Shown in pieces: positions 61,513 through 64,000 of a DNA stretch of 64,000 bases. The notes below the pieces were generated by a model, which saw only the letters and a program-made list of their open reading frames with translations, was not told where the DNA came from and ran no database searches. The position numbers were made by a program, and so were the translations under genes. Within the stretch, counting starts at the first letter, position 1. Each line of letters starts with the position of its first letter. Source of the DNA: Betaproteobacteria bacterium (GTDB lineage Bacteria; Pseudomonadota; Gammaproteobacteria; Burkholderiales; SG8-41); assembly GCA_016192825.1 (NCBI GenBank), contig JACPTK010000091.1, positions 8,382 to 72,381 on the forward strand. Direction: 5' to 3'.

Positions 61513-61779
61513 CGGGCCGGCGCGATGAGAGCGACGCGAGCGGCGGAGCAGGGATCTGCGGAACGTGGAGCAGGGGCCCGCTTGCGGGATGCGACCGTGA
61601 AGCTGATCGACGGCGCGTCGTATGACCTTGGATCCCATGCGCGTCTTCGGGGTCAGATCCCCGGAGGGGCCCCTCTTCCGCCCGGCGACGCGCCCCGTTT
61701 ACGGGGATGCGACCCGGGAGCGGCGCCGGGCGCCGACCCGGGGGCATTGGAATTGCGGCTACTTCATGGAGGCGCCGCG

Positions 61780-61869
61780 ATGAGCAGCAACGTCAAGACC
61801 GCGCTGATTCTCGCGTCCATCGTGCTCGCCTTCTTCATCGGAATCGTGATCCGGCACTGGCTATGGTGA
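61780..61869 (+). CDS. Cytochrome oxidase small assembly protein
   Basis: 29-aa TM peptide NVKTALILASIVLAFFIG; GGAGG RBS. Confidence 0.7.
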   Translation: MSSNVKTALILASIVLAFFIGIVIRHWLW

Positions 61870-62402
61870 GCAGCGCGCACGCCAACCAGCAGACGCTGGT
61901 GAAGCTCCTGGTCGTCGCCGTGCTGATGTTCGGCTTCGGCTTCGCGATGGTGCCGTTCTACCGCGCGATCTGCGACGCGCTGGGGCTGAACAGCGTGGTG
62001 AAGGCCGACGCCGTCGCCAACACGCAGGTCGACACCGGACGGTTCCTCACCGTCGAGTTCGACACCAACCTCCGCAGCAACCTGCCCTGGACCTTTACCG
62101 CGGTGGAGAAGAGCGTACGCATCCATCCGGGCGCGCTGACGCAGGTCGTCTTCGAGGTCCGCAACCGCTCCCGTCGCCCGGTAACCGGACAGGCGATCCC
62201 GAGCTTCGGGCCGCAGCTGGCGGGGCGCTACTTCAAGAAACTCGACTGCTTCTGCTTCACCCAGCAGACGCTGGCACCGGGGGAGTCCAGGCGCATGCCG
62301 GTCGTGTTCGTAGTCGAGCCGGCGCTCCCGCAGGACGTGAATACGGTGACGCTTTCCTACACCTTCTTCGAAGTGGAAGGCAAGCAGGGAAAAGACAGTT
62401 GA
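61863..62402 (+). CDS. ctaG: Cytochrome c oxidase assembly protein CtaG/Cox11
   Basis: VPFYRAIC, KLDCFCF, TLSYTFF. Confidence 0.93.
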   Translation: MVSSAHANQQTLVKLLVVAVLMFGFGFAMVPFYRAICDALGLNSVVKADAVANTQVDTGRFLTVEFDTNLRSNLPWTFTAVEKSVRIHPGALTQVVFEVRNRSRRPVTGQAIPSFGPQLAGRYFKKLDCFCFTQQTLAPGESRRMPVVFVVEPALPQDVNTVTLSYTFFEVEGKQGKDS

Positions 62403-62617
62403 TGGAGATGGCGGAACCGCTGCAATCCCCGCGCAAGGCGACGCCGCTGCAGGTGGCGAAGGCGGTGCTGTCCGCCTTCATCGGCATCCGCAGGCGCACG
62501 GCGCACGAGCGGGACGCCGTGACGATCACGCCGGCGCAGGTGATCGTTGCGGGCTTGATCGGGGCGGCGATTTTCGTGCTGAGCCTGATCATGCTGGTGC
62601 GTTACGTGACGAGTTAA
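62402..62617 (+). CDS. DUF2970 small membrane protein
   Basis: AVLSAFIGIR...P.QVI.AG. Confidence 0.8.
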   Translation: MEMAEPLQSPRKATPLQVAKAVLSAFIGIRRRTAHERDAVTITPAQVIVAGLIGAAIFVLSLIMLVRYVTS

Positions 62618-62632
62618 CAGGGAGAGAGAAAG

Positions 62633-63481
62633 ATGTTGAGTCAAACGGCACGATACTTCATACCGGACCCGTCGCGCTGGCCGATCTTCGGTTCGATCGC
62701 GCTGCTGTGCATGGCCTCCGGGGCGGCCTCCTGGTTCAACGGCTGGTCCCCCGGCAAGTTCGTGCTGCTCGCCGGGGTCGCCGTGCTCGCCTACATGATC
62801 GTCGGCTGGTTCCACACCGTCGCGCACGAGAGCGAGAGCGGCCGTTACAACAAGCAGGTGGACACCTCGTTCCGCTGGGGCATGAGCTGGTTCATCTTCT
62901 CCGAGGTCATGTTCTTCGCCGCGTTCTTCGGGGCGCTGTTCTACATGCGCGTCCTGTCGGTGCCCTGGCTGGGGGACCTCGAGCACAAGCTGATCTGGCC
63001 GGATTTCAGCGCCACCTGGCCGGCCACCGGTCCGGGGATGAAGGACCCGTTCACGCCGATGGCGGCGTGGGGCATCCCGGCGATCAACACGCTGCTGCTG
63101 CTCTCTTCCGGCGTCACGGTGACGCTCGCGCACTGGGCGCTGCTCCGCGACGACCGCCTGAAGCTCATCGTGTGGATGTTCGCCACCATCGGCCTGGGCG
63201 TGACGTTCCTCGCCTTCCAGGCCTACGAGTACGGGCACGCCTACAGCGAGCTCAACCTCAAGCTCACCACCGGCGCGTACGGCGCGACCTTCTTCATGCT
63301 GACCGGCTTTCACGGCTTCCACGTCACCGTGGGCTGCATCATGTTGACGACGATCCTGTTCCGCTGCGTCGCCGGGCATTTCAAGCCCGACCACCACTTC
63401 GGCTTCGAGGGCGTGGCGTGGTACTGGCACTTCGTGGACGTGGTCTGGCTCGGGCTGTTCATTTTCGTCTACTGGCTATAA
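62633..63481 (+). CDS. coxC: Cytochrome c oxidase subunit III
   Basis: FIFSEVMFF, TGFHGFHV, WYWHFVDVVW. Confidence 0.96.
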   Translation: MLSQTARYFIPDPSRWPIFGSIALLCMASGAASWFNGWSPGKFVLLAGVAVLAYMIVGWFHTVAHESESGRYNKQVDTSFRWGMSWFIFSEVMFFAAFFGALFYMRVLSVPWLGDLEHKLIWPDFSATWPATGPGMKDPFTPMAAWGIPAINTLLLLSSGVTVTLAHWALLRDDRLKLIVWMFATIGLGVTFLAFQAYEYGHAYSELNLKLTTGAYGATFFMLTGFHGFHVTVGCIMLTTILFRCVAGHFKPDHHFGFEGVAWYWHFVDVVWLGLFIFVYWL

Positions 63482-63645
63482 GCCGCAGGAATTTGTCGGG
63501 CCCCTGCCCGGCAAATTCCTTACGCTCGATGCGCAATTGGGCGTGATCGCAAAAAGAAAAATGGCCTGAAAATGCGCCGCGCCACGAGCGCGGCGCATTT
63601 TTTTTGAGGGCCAAAGGAATGTTTCGGGCGCAGCCCGAAACATTC

Positions 63646-63840
63646 CTAGAGCTTGCCGGGAATGAGGCCGAAGTAGAAGCCGAGCATCAGCAACGCGAAC
63701 AGCACCACCGACAGCACGACGCGTATCGTCAGCGCCCTCACCATGCGCTCGCCGCGCCCCTTGTCGTGGACGAGGAAGTAGAGCGCGGAAGCGAGGCTGC
63801 CGACGATGAAGAGGAGGAACAGGATGACGACGATTTTCAT
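63646..63840 (-). CDS. Twin-transmembrane-helix small protein (DUF2909-like)
   Basis: SLASALYFL...ALTIRVVLS; lies between coxC and SURF1. Confidence 0.85.
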   Translation of the reverse strand: MKIVVILFLLFIVGSLASALYFLVHDKGRGERMVRALTIRVVLSVVLFALLMLGFYFGLIPGKL

Positions 63841-63892
63841 GGGCGAACCGGCGCGCAATTGAGTGTATCTTAAGCATCCATCCCTGACCACT

Positions 63893-64000
63893 TTGCCCCT
63901 CCCCTACAACTTCCGTCCCCGCTTCGTGACGACGCTGGCCGCGGTCGCCGGTATCGCCGCGACGCTGGCACTCGCCAACTGGCAGTTGAGCCGCGCGCAC
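63893..64000 (+). CDS. SURF1-family protein, 5' part (runs off the window)
   Basis: MPLPYNFRPRF...LALANWQLSRAH matches the SURF1 N-terminal WQL.R motif; cox context. Confidence 0.75.
   Translation, partial: MPLPYNFRPRFVTTLAAVAGIAATLALANWQLSRAH

Overview
GC-rich betaproteobacterial chromosome segment. The core genes are polA, lipAB, dat/dacC, argB-slmA, gpmI-envC-ctpA, grxC-secB-gpsA-trmL, comF, bioBFHCD and the aa3-type cox operon. Accessory blocks: (i) a ~4.7-kb island bounded by a 96-bp duplication of the polA 3' end, carrying a RelE-like/SF1-helicase/ankyrin gene and a RES-Xre toxin-antitoxin pair whose antitoxin is fused to a decayed GroES; (ii) two tandem PglL-type O-oligosaccharyltransferases; (iii) an ~18.6-kb MSHA type IV pilus cluster. 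The most unusual signal is about 20 loci of tandem 7-nt repeats, in several sequence families, sitting at gene boundaries with a strong strand rule. The G/T-type strand follows or supplies stop codons. The stop-free complementary strand precedes, or is translated into, N-termini (four prepilin leaders, MshK, BioF, BioD). Two inverted heptamer pairs still enclose a four-helix-bundle (23S-IVP/bAvd-like) gene: one frameshifted, one reduced to a 34-aa remnant. This suggests a junction-targeting element seen at several stages of decay. A second, unrelated family of ~35-bp palindromes (about 20 copies, some paired in composite units) also occupies gene ends. All family assignments are from motif recognition by eye; no searches were run.
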